Source: Eledone cirrhosa
Lineage: Eukaryota
Length of the DNA stretch: 64,000 bases
Direction: 5' to 3'
Assembly: GCA_964016885.1 (NCBI GenBank)
Contig: OZ024744.1
Coordinates: forward strand, 115,506,001 to 115,570,000
How positions within the stretch are numbered: the first letter of the stretch is position 1; each line of letters starts with the position of its first letter. Both the position numbers and the translations under genes were made by a program. This document shows, piece after piece, positions 15,001 to 29,417 of this stretch. The notes beneath the pieces are model-generated. The model saw nothing but the letters and a program-made list of their open reading frames with translations. It did not search any database and was not told the DNA's origin.

Positions 15001-18000
15001 GCTGTGGTAGCAGTACCTTAATGTAGTCTAGGATATCTGTATATAAAACTGTCCCGGATGTGGTAGCAGTACATTAATGTGGTCTAGGTTGTCTGTATAT
15101 AACAACACTGTCCCAGGTGTGGTAGCAATACTGTAATGTGTTCTAGGATGTCTGTATGTAACAACACTGTCCCAGATGTGGTAGCAGTACTGTAATGTGG
15201 TCTAGGATGTCTGTATGTAACGACACTGTCCCAGCTGTGGTAGCAGTACTGTAATGTAGTCTAGTATGGCTGTATGTAACAACACTGTCCCAGATGTGGT
15301 AGCAGTACTGTAATGTGGTCTAGGATGTCTATATGTAACAACACTGTCCTAGGTGTGGTAGCAGTACTGTAATGTGGGCTAGGATGTCTGTATGTAACAA
15401 CACTGTCCTAGGTGTGGTAGCAGTACTGTAATGTGGTCTAGAATGTCTGTATATAAAACTGTCCCGGATGTGGGAGCAGTACATTAATGTGGTCTAGGTT
15501 GTCTGTATATAACAACACTGTCCCAGGTGTGGTAGCAATACTGTAATGTGGTCTAGGATGTCTGTATGTAACAACACTGTCCCAGCTGTGGTAGCAGTAC
15601 TGTAATGTAGTCTAGTATGGCTGTATGTAACAACACTGTCCCAGATGTGGTAGCAGTACTGTAATGTGGTCTAGGATGTCTATATGTAACAACACTGTCC
15701 TAGGTGTGGTAGCAGTACTGTAATGTGGGCTAGGAAGTCTGTATGTAACAACACTGTCCTAGGTGTGGTAGCAGTACTGTAATGTGGTCTAGGATGTCTG
15801 TATATAACAAGACTGTCCCAGATGTGGTAGCAGTACTGTAATGTGGTCTAGGATGTCTGTATGTAACAACGCTGTCCTAGGTGTGGTAGCAGTACTGTAA
15901 TGTGGTCTAGGATGTCTGTATATAACAACACTGTCCCAGATGTGGTAGCAGTACTGTAATGTAGTCTAGGATGTCTGTATATAACAACACTGTACCAGAT
16001 GTGGTAGCAGTACTGTAATGTAGTCTAGGATGTCTGTATATAACAACACTGTACCAGATGTGGTAGCAGTACTGTAATGTAGTCTAGGATGTCTGTATAT
16101 AACAACACTGTACCAGATGTGGTAGCAGTACTGTAATGTAGTCTAGGATGTCTGTATGTAACAACACTGTCCCAGATGTGGTAGCAGTACTGTAATGTGG
16201 TCTAGGATGTCTGTATGTAACAACACTGTCTTAGATGTGGTAGCAGTACTGTAATGTGGTCTAGGATGTCTCTATGAAACAACACTGTCCTAGATGTGGT
16301 AGCAGTACTGTAATGTGGTCTAGGATGTCTCTATGTAACGACACTGTCCTAGATGTGGTAGCAGTACTGTAATGTAGTGTAGGATGTCTGTATATATCAA
16401 CACTGTCCTAGATGTGGTAGCAGTACTGTAATGTGGTCTAGGATGTCTGTATCTAACAACACTGTACCAGATGTGGTAGCAGTACGGTAATGTAGTCTAG
16501 GATGTCTGTATGTAACAACACTGTACCAGATGTGGTAGCAGTACTGTAATGTGGTCTAGGATGTCTCTATGTAACAACACTGTCCTAGATGTGGTAGCAG
16601 TACTGTAATGTGGTCTAGGATGTCTGTATGTAACAACACTGTACCAGATGTGGTAGTAGTACTGTAATGTAGTCTAGGATGTCTGTATGTAACAACACTG
16701 TCCCAGAAGTGGTAGTAGTACTGTAATGTAGTCTAGGATGTCTGTATGCAACAACACTGTCCCAGATGTGGTAGCAGTACTGTAATGTAGTCTAGGATGT
16801 CTGTATGTAACAACACTGTCCCAGATGTTGTAGCAGTACTGTAATGTGGTCTAGGATGTCTGTATGTAACAACACTGTCCCAGATGTGGTAGCAGTACTG
16901 TAATGTAGTCTAGGATGTCTGTATATAACAACACTGTACCAGATGTGGTAGCAGTACTGTAATGTAGTCTAGGATGTCTGTATGTAACAACACTGTCCCA
17001 GATGTGGTAGCAGTACTGTAATGTGGTCTAGGATGTCTGTATGTAACAACACTGTCCTAGATGAGGTAGCAGTACTGTAATGTGGTCTAGGATGTCTCTA
17101 TGTAACAACACTGTCCTAGATGTGGTAGCAGTACTGTAATGTGGTCTAGGACGTCTCTATGTAACAACACTGTCCTAGATGTGGTAGCAGTACTGTAATG
17201 TAGTCTAGGATGTCTCTTTCTAACAACACTGTCCTAGATGTGGTAGCAGTACTGTAATGTGGTCTAGGATGTCTCTTTCTAACAACACTGTCCCAGGTGT
17301 GGTAGCAATATTGTAATGTGGTCTAGGATGTCTGTATGTAACAACACTGTCCCAGATGTGGAAGCAGTACTGTAATGTAGTCTAGGATGTCTGTATATAA
17401 CAACACTGTACCAGATCTGGTAGCAGTACTGTAATGTGGTCTAGGATGTCTCTTTCTAACAACACTGTCCCAGATCTGGTAGCAGTACTGTAATGTGGTC
17501 TAGGGTGTCTGTATGTAACGACACTGTCCCAGCTGTGGTAGCAGTACTGTAATGTGGTCTAGAATGTCTGTATATAAAACTGTCCCGGATGTCGGAGCAG
17601 TACATTAATGTGGTCTAGTATGTCTGTATGTAACAACACTGTCCCAGCTGTGGTAGCAGTACTGTAATGTAGTCTAGTATGGCTGTATGTAACAACACTG
17701 TCCCAGATGTGGTAGCAGTACTGTAATGTAGTCTAGGATGTCTGTATGTAACAACACTGTCCTAGATGTGGTAGCAGTACTGTAATGTGGTCTAGGATGT
17801 CTGTATGTAACAACACTGTCCTAGATGTGGTAGCAGTACTGTAATGTAGTCTAGGATGTCTGTATGTAACAACAGTGTCCCAGATGTGGTAGCAGTACTG
17901 TAATGTGGTCTAGGATGTCTATATGTAACAACACTGTCCTAGGTGTGTTAGCAGTACTGTAATGTGGGCTAGGATGTCTGTATGTAACAACACTGTCCTA

Positions 18001-21000
18001 GGTGTGGTAGCAGTACTGTAATGTGGTCTAGGATGTCTGTATATAACAAGACTGTCCCAGAGGTGGTAGCAGTACTGTAATGTGGTCTAGGATGTCTGTA
18101 TATAACAAGACTGTCCCAGATGTGGTAGCAGTACTGTAATGTGGTCTAGGGTGTCTGTATGTAACAACACTGTCCCAGATGTGGTAGCAGTACTGTAATG
18201 TGGTCTAGGATGTCTGTATGTAACAACGCTGTCCTAGGTGTGGTAGCAGTACTGTAATGTGGTCTAGGATGTCTGTATATAACAACACTGTCCCAGATGT
18301 GTTAGCAGTACTGTAATGTAGTCTAGGATGTCTGTATGTAACTACACTGTCCTAGATGTGGTAGCAGTACTGTAATGTGGTCTAGGGTGTCTGTATGTAA
18401 CAACACTGTACCAGATGTGGTAGCAGTACTGTAATGTAGTCTAGGATGTCTGTATGTAACAACACTGTACCAGATGTGGTAGCAGTACTGTAATGTAATC
18501 TAGGATGTCTGTATGTAACAACACTGTCCCACATGTTGTAGCAGTACTGTAATGTGGTCTAGAATGTCTGTATATAAAACTGTCCCAGATGTGGTAGCAG
18601 TACTGTAATATGGTCTAGGATGTCTGTCTGCAACAACACTGTCCCAGATGTTGTAGCACTACTGTAATGTAGTCTAGGATGTCTGTATGTAACACTGTAC
18701 CAGATGTGGTAGCAGTACTGTAATGTAGTCTAGGATGTCTGTATGTAACAACACTGTCCCACATGTTGTAGCAGTACTGTAATGTGGTCTAGCATGTCTG
18801 TATGTAACAACACTATACCAGATGTGGTAGTAATACTGTACTGTGGTCTAGGATGTCTGTATGCAACAACACTGTCCCAGATGTGGTAGCAGTACTGTAA
18901 TGTGGTCTAGGATGTCTGTATGTAACAACACTGTCCCAGATGGGGTAGCAGTACTGTAATGTAGTCTAGGATGTCTGTATATAACAACACTGTACCAGAT
19001 GTGGTAGCAGTACTGTAATGTAGTCTAGGATGTCTGTATATAACAACACTATCCCAGATGTGGTAGCAGTACTGTAATGTGGTCTAGGATGTCTGTATAT
19101 AACAACACTATCCCAGATGTGGTAGCAGTACTGTAATGTGGTCTAGGATGTCTGTATATAACAACACTGTACCAGATGTGGTAGCAGTACTGTAATGTGG
19201 TCTAGGATGTCTGTATATAACAACACTGTACCAGATGTGGTAGCAGTACTGTAATGTAGTCTAGGATGTCTGTATATAACAACACTGTACCAGATGTGGT
19301 AGCAGTACTGTAATGTAGTCTAGGATGTCTGTATGTAACAACACTGTCCCAGATGTGGTAGCAGTACTGTAATGTGGTCTAGGATGTCTGTATGTAACAA
19401 CACTGTCCTAGATGTGGTAGCAGTACTGTAATGTGGTCTAGGATGTCTATATGTAACAACACTGTCCTAGATGTGGTAGCAGTACTGTAATGTGGTCTAG
19501 GATGTCTCTATGTAACGACACTGTCCTAGATGTGGTAGCAGTACTGTAATGTGGTCTAGGATGTCTGTATATAACAACACTATCCCAGATGTGGTAGCAG
19601 TACTGTAATGTGGTCTAGGATGTCTGTATGTAACAATACTGTCCTAGATGTGGTAGCAGTACTGTAATGTGGTCTAGGATGTCTCTATGTAACGACACTG
19701 TCCTAGATGTGGTAGCAGTACTGTAATGTAGTCTAGGATGTCTCTATGAAACAACACTGTCCTAGATGTGGTAGCAGTACTGTAATGTGGTCTAGGATGT
19801 CTGTATGCAACAACACTGTCCCAGATGTGGTAGCAGTACTGTAATGTGGTCTAGGATGTCTGTATCTAACAACACTGTACCAGATGTGGTAGCAGTACGG
19901 TAATGTAGTCTAGGATGTCTGTATGTAACAACACTGTACCAGATGTGGTAGCAGTACTGTAATGTGGTCTAGGATGTCTCTATGTAACAACACTGTCCTA
20001 GATGTGGTAGCAGTACTGTAATGTGGTCTAGGATGTCTGTATGTAACAACACTGTACCAGATGTGGTAGTAGTACTGTAATGTAGTCTAGGATGTCTGTA
20101 TGTAACAACACTGTCCCAGAAGTGGTAGCAGTACTGTAATGTAGTCTAGGATGTCTGTATGTAACAACACTGTCCCAGATGTGGTAGCAGTACTGTAATG
20201 TAGTCTAGGATGTGTGTATGTAACAACACTGTCCCAGATGTTGTAGCAGTACTGTAATATGGTCTAGGATGTCTGTATGTAACAACACTGTTCCAGATGT
20301 GGTAGCAGTACTGTAATGTAGTCTAGGATGTCTGTATATTACAACACTGTACCAGATGTGGTAGCAGTACTGTAATGTAGTCTAGGATGTCTGTATGTAA
20401 CAACACTGTCCCAGATGTGGTAGCAGTACTGTAATGTGGTCTAGGATGTCTGTATGTAACAACACTGTCCTAGATGAGGTAGCAGTACTGTAATGTGGTC
20501 TAGGATGTCTCTATGTAACAACACTGTCCTAGATGTGGTAGCAGTACTGTAATGTGGTCTAGGATGTCTGTATGTAACAACACTGTCCCAGATGTGGTAG
20601 CAGTACTGTAATGTAGTCTAGGATGTCTGTATATAACAACACTGTACCAGATGTGGTAGCAGTACTGTAATGTCGTCTAGGATGTCTGTATGTAACAACA
20701 CTGTCCCAGATGTGGTAGCAGTACTGTAATGTGGTCTAGGATGTCTGTATGTAACAACACTGTCCTAGATGAGGTAGCAGTACTGTAATGTGGTCTAGGA
20801 TGTCTCTATGTAACAACACTGTCCTAGATGTGGTAGCAGTACTGTAATGTAGTCTAGGATGTCTCTTTCTAACAACACTGTCCTAGATGTGGTAGCAATA
20901 CTGTAATGTAGTCTAGGACGTCTGTATATAACAACACTGTCCCAGATGTGGTAGCAGTACTGTAATGTAGTCTAGGATGTCTGTATGTAACAACACTATC

Positions 21001-24000
21001 CCAGATGTGGTAGCAGTACTGTAATGTGGTCTAGGATGTCTGTATGTAACAACACTGTCCTAGATGTGGTAGCAGTACTGTAATGTGGTCTAGGATGTCT
21101 GTATGTAACAACACTGTCCCAGAAGTGGTAGTAGTACTGTATTGTAGTCTAGGATGTCTGTATGTAACAACACTGTCACAGATGTTGTAGCAGTACTGTA
21201 ATGTGGTCTAGGATGTCTGTATGTAACAACACTGTCCCAGATGTGGTAGCAGTACTGTAATGTAGTCTAGGATGTCTGTATGTAACAACACTGTCCCAGA
21301 TGTTGTAGCAGTACTGTAATGTGGTCTAGGATGTCTGTATATAACAACACTGTACCAGATGTGGTAGCAGTACTGTAATGTAGTCTAGGATGTCTGTATG
21401 TAACAACACTGTCCCAGATGTGGTAGCAGTACTGTAATGTGGTCTAGGATGTCTGTATGTAACAACACTGTCCTAGATGAGGTAGCAGTACTGTAATGTG
21501 GTCTAGGATGTCTCTATGTAACAACACTGTCCTAGATGTGGTAGCAGTACTGTAATGTGGTCTAGGACGTCTCTATGTAACAACACTGTCCTAGATGTGG
21601 TAGCAGTACTGTTATGTAGTCTAGGATGTCTCTTTCTAACAACACTGTCCTAGATGTGGTAGCAGTACTGTAATGTGGTCTAGGATGTCTGTATGTAACA
21701 ACACTGTCCTAGATGTGGTAGCAGTACTGTAATGTGGTCTAGGATGTCTCTATGTAACAACACTGTCCTAGATGTGGTAGCAGTACTGTAATGTGGTCTA
21801 GGATGTCTCTATGTAACAACACTGTCCTAGATGTGGTAGCAGTACTGTAATGTAGTCTAGGATGTCTCTATGTAACAACACTGTCCTAGATGTGGTAGCA
21901 GTACTGTAATGTGGTCTAGGATGTCTGTATGTAACAACACTGTACCAGATGTGGTAGCAGTACGGTAATGTAGTCTAGGATGTTTGTATGTAACAACACT
22001 GTACCAGATGTGGTAGTAGTACTGTAATGTGGTCTAGGATGTCTGTATATAACAACACTGTCCCAGATGTGATAGCAGTACTGTAATGTGGGCTACGATG
22101 TCTGTATGTAACAACACTGTCCTAGGTGTGGTAGCAGTATTGTAATGTGGTCTAGGGTGTTTGTATGTAACAACACTGTACCAGATGAGGTAGTAGTACT
22201 GTAATGTGGTCTAGGATGTCTGTATATAACAACACTGTCCCAGATGTGGTAGCAGTACTGTAATGTGGGCTAGGATGTCTGTATGTAACAACACTGTACC
22301 AGATGTGGTAGCAGTACGGTAATGTAGTCTAGGATGTCTGTATGTAACAACACTGTACCAGATGTGGTAGCAGTACTGTAATGTGGTCTAGGATGTCTGT
22401 ATGTAACAACACTGTCCTAGATGTGGTAGCAGTACTGTAATGTGGTCTAGGATGTCTGTATATAACAACACTGTACCAGATGAGGTAGTAGTACTGTAAT
22501 GTGGTCTAGGATGTCTGTATATAACAACACTGTCCCAGATGTGGTAGCAGTACTGTAATGTGGGCTAGGATGTCTGTATGTAACAACACTGTACCAGATG
22601 TGGTAGCAGTACGGTAATGTAGTCTAGGATGTCTGTATGTAACAACACTGTACCAGATGTGGTAGCAGTACTGTAATGTGGTCTAGGATGTCTGTATGTA
22701 ACAACACTGTCCTAGATGTGGTAGCAGTACTGTAATGTGGTCTAGGATGTCTGTATATAACAACACTGTACTAGATGTGGTAGCAGTACTGTAATGTGGG
22801 CTAGGATGTCTGTATGTAACAACACTGTCCTAGGTGTGGTAGCAGTACTGTAATGTGGTCTAGGATGTCTGTATATAACAACACTGTACCAGATGAGGTA
22901 GTAGTACTGTAATGTGGTCTAGGATGTCTGTATATAACAACACTGTCCCAGATGTGATAGCAGTACTGTAATGTGGGCTAGGATGTCTGTATGTAACAAC
23001 ACTGTCCCAGGTGTGGTAGCAGTACTGTAATGTGGTCTAGGGTGTTTGTATGTAACAACACTGTACCAGATGAGGTAGTAGTACTGTAATGTGGTCTAGG
23101 ATGTCTGTATGTAACAACACTGTCCTAGATGTGGTAGCAGTACTGTAATGTGGGCTAGGATATCTGTATGTAACAACATTGTACCAGATGTGGTAGCAGT
23201 ACTGTAATGTGGTCTAGGATGTCTGTATGTAACAACACTGTCCCAGATGTGGTAGCAGTACTGTAATGTAGTCTAGGATGTCTGTATGTAACAACACTGT
23301 CCCAGATGTGGTAGCAATGCTGTAATGTGGTCTAGGATGTCTGTATATAACAACACTGTCCCAGATGTGATAGCAGTACTGTAATGTGGGCTACGATGTC
23401 TGTATGTAACAACACTGTCCTAGGTGTGGTAGCAGTATTGTAATGTGGTCTAGGATGTCTGTATGTAATAACACTGTCCCAGAAGTGGTAGTAGTACTGT
23501 AATGTAGTCTAGGATGTCTGTATGTAACAACACTGTCCCAGATGTGGTAGCAGTACTGTAATGTAGTCTAGGATGTCTGTATGTAACAACACTGTCCCAG
23601 ATGTTGTAGCAGTACTGTAATGTGGTCTAGGATGTCTGTATGTAACAACACTGTACCAGATGTGGTAGCAGTACTGTAATGTAGTCTAGGATGTCTGTAT
23701 GTAACAACACTGTCACAGATGTTGTAGCAGTACTGTAATGTGGTCTAGGATGTCTGTATGTAACAACACTGTACCAGATGAGGTAGTAGTGCTGTAATGT
23801 GGTCTAGGATGTCTGTATATAACAACACTGTCCCAGATGTGGTAGCATTACTGTAATGTAGTCTAGCAGGTCTGTATATAACAACACTGTCCCAGATGTG
23901 GTAGCAGTACTGTAATGTAGTGTAGGATGTCTCTATGTAACAACACTGTCCTAGATGTGGTAGCAGTACTGTAATGTAGTCTAGGATGTCTCTATGTAAC

Positions 24001-27000
24001 AACACTGTCCTAGATGTGGTAGCAGTACTGTAATGTAGTCTAGGATGTCTGTATGTAACAACACTGTCCTAGATGTGGTAGCAGTACTGTAATGTGGGCT
24101 AGGATATCTGTATGTAACAACATTGTACCAGATGTGGTAGCAGTACTGTAATGTGGTCTAGGATCTCTGTATGTAACAACAATACTGTCCCAGATTGGTA
24201 GCACTACTTTAATATGGTCTAGGATGTCTGTATATAACACTGTCCCAGATGTGGTAGCAGTACTGTAATGTGGTCTAGGATGTCTGTATGTAATAACACT
24301 GTCCCAGAAGTGGTAGTAGTACTGTAATGTAGTCTAGGATGTCTGTATGTAATAACACTGTCCCAGAAGTGGTAGTAGTACTGTAATGTAGTCTAGGATG
24401 TCTGTATGTATCAACACTGTCCCAGATGTGGTAGCAGTACTGTAATGTAGTCTAGGATGTCTGTATGTAACAACACTGTCCCAGATGTTGTAGCAGTACT
24501 GTAATATAGTCTAGGATGTCTGTATGTAACAACACTGTCCTAGATGTGGTAGCAGTACTGTAATGTAGTCTAGGATGTCTGTATGTAACAACACTGTCCC
24601 AGATGTGGTAGCAGTACTGTAATGTGGTCTAGGATGTCTGTATGTAACAACACTGTCCCAGATGTGGTAGCAGTACTGTAATGTAGTCTAGGATGTCTGT
24701 ATGTAACAACACTGTCCCAGATGTTGTAGCAGTACTGTAATGTGGTCTAGGATGTCTGTATGTAACAACACTGTACCAGATGTGGTAGCAGTACTGTAAT
24801 GTAGTCTAGGATGTCTGTATGTAACAACACTGTCACAGATGTTGTAGCAGTACTGTAATGTGGTCTAGGATGTCTGTATGTAACAACACTGTCCCAGATG
24901 TGGTAGCAGTACTGTAATGTAGTCTAGGATGTCTGTATGTAACAACACTGTACCAGATGTGGTAGCAGTACTGTAATGTAGTCTAGGATGTCTGTATGTA
25001 ACAACACTGTCCCAGATGTGGTAGCAGTACTGTAATGTGGTCTAGGATGTCTGTATGTAACAACACTGTCCTAGATGAGGTAGCAGTACTGTAATGTGGT
25101 CTAGGATGTCTCTATGTAACAACACTGTCCTAGATGTGGTAGCAGTACTGTAATGTGGTCTAGGACGTCTCTATGTAACAACACTGTCCTAGATGTGGTA
25201 GCAGTACTGTAATGTAGTCTAGGATGTCTCTTTCTAACGACACTGTCCTAGATGTGGTAGCAGTACTGTAATGTGGTCTAGGATGTCTCTATGTAACAAC
25301 ACTGTCCTAGATGTGGTAGCAGTACTGTAATGTGGTCTAGGATGTCTCTATGTAACAACACTGTCCTAGATGTGGTAGCAGTACTGTAATGTGGTCTAGG
25401 ATGTCTCTATGTAACAACACTGTCCTAGATGTGGTAGCAGTACTGTAATGTAGTCTAGGATGTCTCTATGTAACAAAACTGTCCTAGATGTGGTAGCAGT
25501 ACTGTAATGTGGTCTAGGATGTCTGTATGTAACAACACTGTACCAGATGTGGTAGCAGTACGGTAATGTAGTCTAGGATGTCTGTATGTAACAACACTGT
25601 ACCAGATGTGGTAGCAGTACTGTAATGTGGTCTAGGATGTCTGTATGTAACAACACTGTCCTAGATGTGGTAGCAGTACTGTAATGTGGTCTAGGATGTC
25701 TGTATATAACAACACTGTACCAGATGAGGTAGTAGTACTGTAATGTGGTCTAGGATGTCTGTATATAACAACACTGTCCCAGATGTGATAGCAGTACTGT
25801 AATGTGGGCTAGGATGTCTGTATGTAACAACACTGTCCTAGGTGTGGTAGCAGTACTGTAATGTGGTCTAGGGTGTTTGTATGTAACAACACTGTACCAG
25901 ATGAGGTAGTAGTACTGTAATGTGGTCTAGGATGTCTGTATATAACAACACTGTCCCAGATGTGGTAGCAGTACTGTAATGTGGGCTAGGATGTCTGTAT
26001 GTAACAACACTGTACCAGATGTGGTAGCAGTACGGTAATGTAGTCTAGGATGTCTGTATGTAACAACACTGTACCAGATGTGGTAGCAGTACTGTAATGT
26101 GGTCTAGGATGTCTGTATGTAACAACACTGTCCTAGATGTGGTAGCAGTACTGTAATGTGGTCTAGGATGTCTGTATATAACAACACTGTACCAGATGAG
26201 GTAGTAGTACTGTAATGTGGTCTAGGATGTCTGTATATAACAACACTGTCCCAGATGTGATAGCAGTACTGTAATGTGGGCTAGGATGTCTGTATGTAAC
26301 AACACTGTCCTAGGTGTGGTAGCAGTACTGTAATGTGGTCTAGGGTGTTTGTATGTAACAACACTGTACCAGATGAGGTAGTAGTACTGTAATGTGGTCT
26401 AGGATGTCTGTATATAACAACACTGTCCCAGATGTGGTAGCAGTACTGTAATGTGGGCTAGGATGTCTGTATGTAACAACACTGTCCCAGATGTGGTAGC
26501 AATGCTGTAATGTGGTCTAGGATGTCTGTATATAACAACACTGTCCCAGATGTGGTAGCAGTACTGTAATGTAGTGTAGGATGTCTCTATGTAACAACAC
26601 TGTCCTAGATGTGGTAGCAGTACTGTAATGTGGTCTAGGATGTCTCTATGTAACAACACTGTCCTAGATGTGGTAGCAGTACTGTAATGTAGTCTAGGAT
26701 GTCTGTATGTAACAACACTGTCCTAGATGTGGTAGCAGTACTGTAATGTGGGCTAGGATATCTGTATGTAACAACATTGTACCAGATGTGGTAGCAGTAC
26801 TGTAATGTGGTCTAGGATGTCTGTATGTAACAACACTGTCCCAGATGTGGTAGCAGTACTGTAATGTAGTCTAGGATGTCTGTATGTAACAACACTGTCC
26901 CAGATGTGGTAGCAATGCTGTAATGTGGTCTAGGATGTCTGTATATAACAACACTGTCCCAGATGTGGTAGCAGTACTGTAATGTAGTGTAGGATGTCTC

Positions 27001-28549
27001 TATGTAACAACACTGTCCTAGATGTGGTAGCAGTACTGTAATGTGGTCTAGGATGTCTGTATGTAACAACAATACTGTCCCAGATTGGTAGCACTACTTT
27101 AATATGGTCTAGTATGTCTGTATATAACACTGTCCCAGATGTGGTAGCAGTACTGTAATGTGGTCTAGGATGTCTGTATGTAATAACACTGTCCCAGAAG
27201 TGGTAGTAGTACTGTATTGTAGTCTAGGATGTCTGTATGTAACAACACTGTCCCAGAAGTGGTAGTAGTACTGTAATGTAGTCTAGGATGTCTGTATGTA
27301 ACAACACTGTCCCAGATGTGGTAGCAGTACTGTAATGTAGTCTAGGATGTCTGTATGTAACAACACTGTACCAGATGTGGTAGCAGTACTGTAATGTGGT
27401 CTAAGGTGTCTGTATGTTGTAACAACACTATCCTAGATGTGGTAGCAGTACTGTAATGTGGTCTAGGATGTCTGTATATAACAACACTGTCCCAGATGTT
27501 GTAGCAGTACTGTAATGTGGTCTAGGATGTCTGTATGTAACAACACTGTCCCAGATGTTGTAGCAGTACTGTAATGTGGTCTAGGATGTCTGTATGTAAC
27601 AACACTGTCCCAGATGTGGTAGCAGTACTGTAATGTAGTCTAGGATGTCTGTATGTAACAACACTGTCCCAGATGTTGTAGCAGTACTGTAATGTGGTCT
27701 AGGATGTCTGTATGTAACAACACTGTACCAGATGTGGTAGCAGTACTGTAATGTAGTCTAGGATGTCTGTATGTAACAACACTGTCACAGATGTTGTAGC
27801 AGTACTGTAATGTGGTCTAGGATGTCTGTATGTAACAACACTGTACCAGATGTGGTAGCAGTACTGTAATGTAGTCTAGGATATCTGTAATTAACAACAC
27901 TGCCCCAGATGTGGTAGCAGTACTGTAATGTAGTCTAGGATATCTGTATCTAACAACACTGTCCCAGATCTGGTAGCAGTACTGTAATGTGGTCTAGGGT
28001 GTCTGTATGTAACAACACTGTACCAGATGTGGTAGCAGTACTGTAATGTGATCTAGGATGTCTGTATGTAACAACACTGTCCCAGATGTGGTAGCAGTAC
28101 TGTAATGTGATCTAGGATGTCTGTATGTAACAACACTGTCCCAGATGTGGTAGCAGTACTGTAATGTGGTCTAGGATGTCTGTATGTAACAACACTGTCC
28201 CAGATGTGGTAGCAGTACTGTAATGTAGTCTACGATGTCTGTATGTAACAACACTGTCCTAGATGTGGTAGCAGTACCGTAATGTAGTCTAGGATGTCTG
28301 TATGTAACAACACTGTCCCAGATGTGGTAGCAGTACTGTAATGTGGTCTAGGGTGTCTGTATGTAACGACACTGTCCCAGCTGTGGTAGCAGTACTGTAA
28401 TGTGGTCTAGGATGTCTGTATGTGACAACACTGTCCCAGCTGTGGTAGCAGTATTGTAATGTTGTCTAGGATGTCTGTATGTAACAACACTGTCCTAGAT
28501 GTGGTAGCAGTACTGTAATGTGGTCTAGGATGTCTGTATGTAACAACAC
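1..28549. repeat. 59-bp satellite array, left block (continues past window start), with higher-order duplications
   Basis: Seen: monomer CTGTAATGTRGTCTAGGATGTCTGTATRTAACAACACTGTMCYAGATGTGGTAGCAGTA (59 bp), head-to-tail; about 480 copies by length/59. Identical spurious ORFs recur at offsets of 6003 and 3357 bp. Confidence 0.99.
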
Positions 28550-29113
28550 CGAATTAGCAACGGAGGTGGGTGCTCAGAAAGTACAATAACTAGGGTAAGA
28601 ACGGGATGGAAGAAGTTTAGGGAACTACTACCACTGCTAGCTGCAAAAGGCTTCTCCCTCAGAATGAAAGGCAGACTGTATGATGCGTGTATCCGAACAG
28701 CGATGTTGCATGGTAGTGAGACCTGGGCGCTGAAGGTGGAAGACTTACGTAGATTAGAGAGAAACGAAGCCTGCATGCTCCGATGGATGTGTAACAGTAA
28801 TATACGTGAACGACAAAGCATAAAGGAATTGAGAGAGAGACTGAGCATAAGAGGAATCAAATGCTGCGTGTAGGAGAGGCGGTTACGCTGGTATGGACAT
28901 GTGATGCGTATGAAGGATGACAGCTGCATAAAAAGGTGCAGAGTACTACAAGTTGATGGAAACCGCGGAGTGGGGAGACCCAAGATGACTTGGGATGAGG
29001 TGATAAAAGCCGACCTTACCCAACTACACCTCTCAAAGACAATGACACACGACCGTGACTTCTGGCGTCACGCAGTAATACAGGGTACCCGACCTCCCAT
29101 GGGTACATGCTGA
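28550..29113 (+). pseudogene. C-terminal ~187 codons of an RTE EN/RT polyprotein, one in-frame stop
   Basis: Seen: single frame RISNGGGCSESTITRVRTGWKKFRELLPLLAAKGFSLRMKGRLYDACIRTAMLHGSETWALKVEDLRRLERNE...IKCCV*ERRLRWYGHVMRMKDD...GRPKMTWDEVIKADL...MGTC*. The two + ORFs 28664-28873 and 28901-29113 are in frame, separated by TAG at 28871-28873. Confidence 0.92.
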
Positions 29114-29417
29114 AGCATATAAACAATATGCCCCCACTCCCCCCACCACAAGGTGGTCGTGGACGTGCCACGGCAAAAAAAGCACCCAGCCCACACTGTA
29201 AAGTGGATGTGTAGGTACCACGGAAAAAAGCACCCAGCACTCACTGTAAATGAGGTTGGTGTTAGGAAGGGCATCCAGCTGTAGAAATCAAGCCAGATCA
29301 GTTCCTGTATGAGCAAGGCATGGTCAGCCGACCAGACACTGCCCACAACAGGATAACCCGTCTAACCCATGCTAGCGTGGAAGAACGGACGTAAAACGGT
29401 GATGATGATGATGATGA
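28550..29417 (+). mobile_element. 5'-truncated RTE-clade LINE (ORF C-terminus, 3' UTR, (GAT)n tail) inserted in the satellite
   Basis: Seen: satellite stops at ...TAACAACAC (28549) and resumes TGTACCAGATG (29418); the element ends in a (GAT)n tail. Knowledge: GWKKFREL, LHGSETW, RLRWYGHV.R and GRPK.TW are typical of the post-RT region of RTE-type non-LTR retrotransposons. Confidence 0.93.

Noticed and set aside
28525-29346. Minus-strand ORFs over the inserted element
   Set aside because: Shadows of the plus-strand RTE ORF and UTR.
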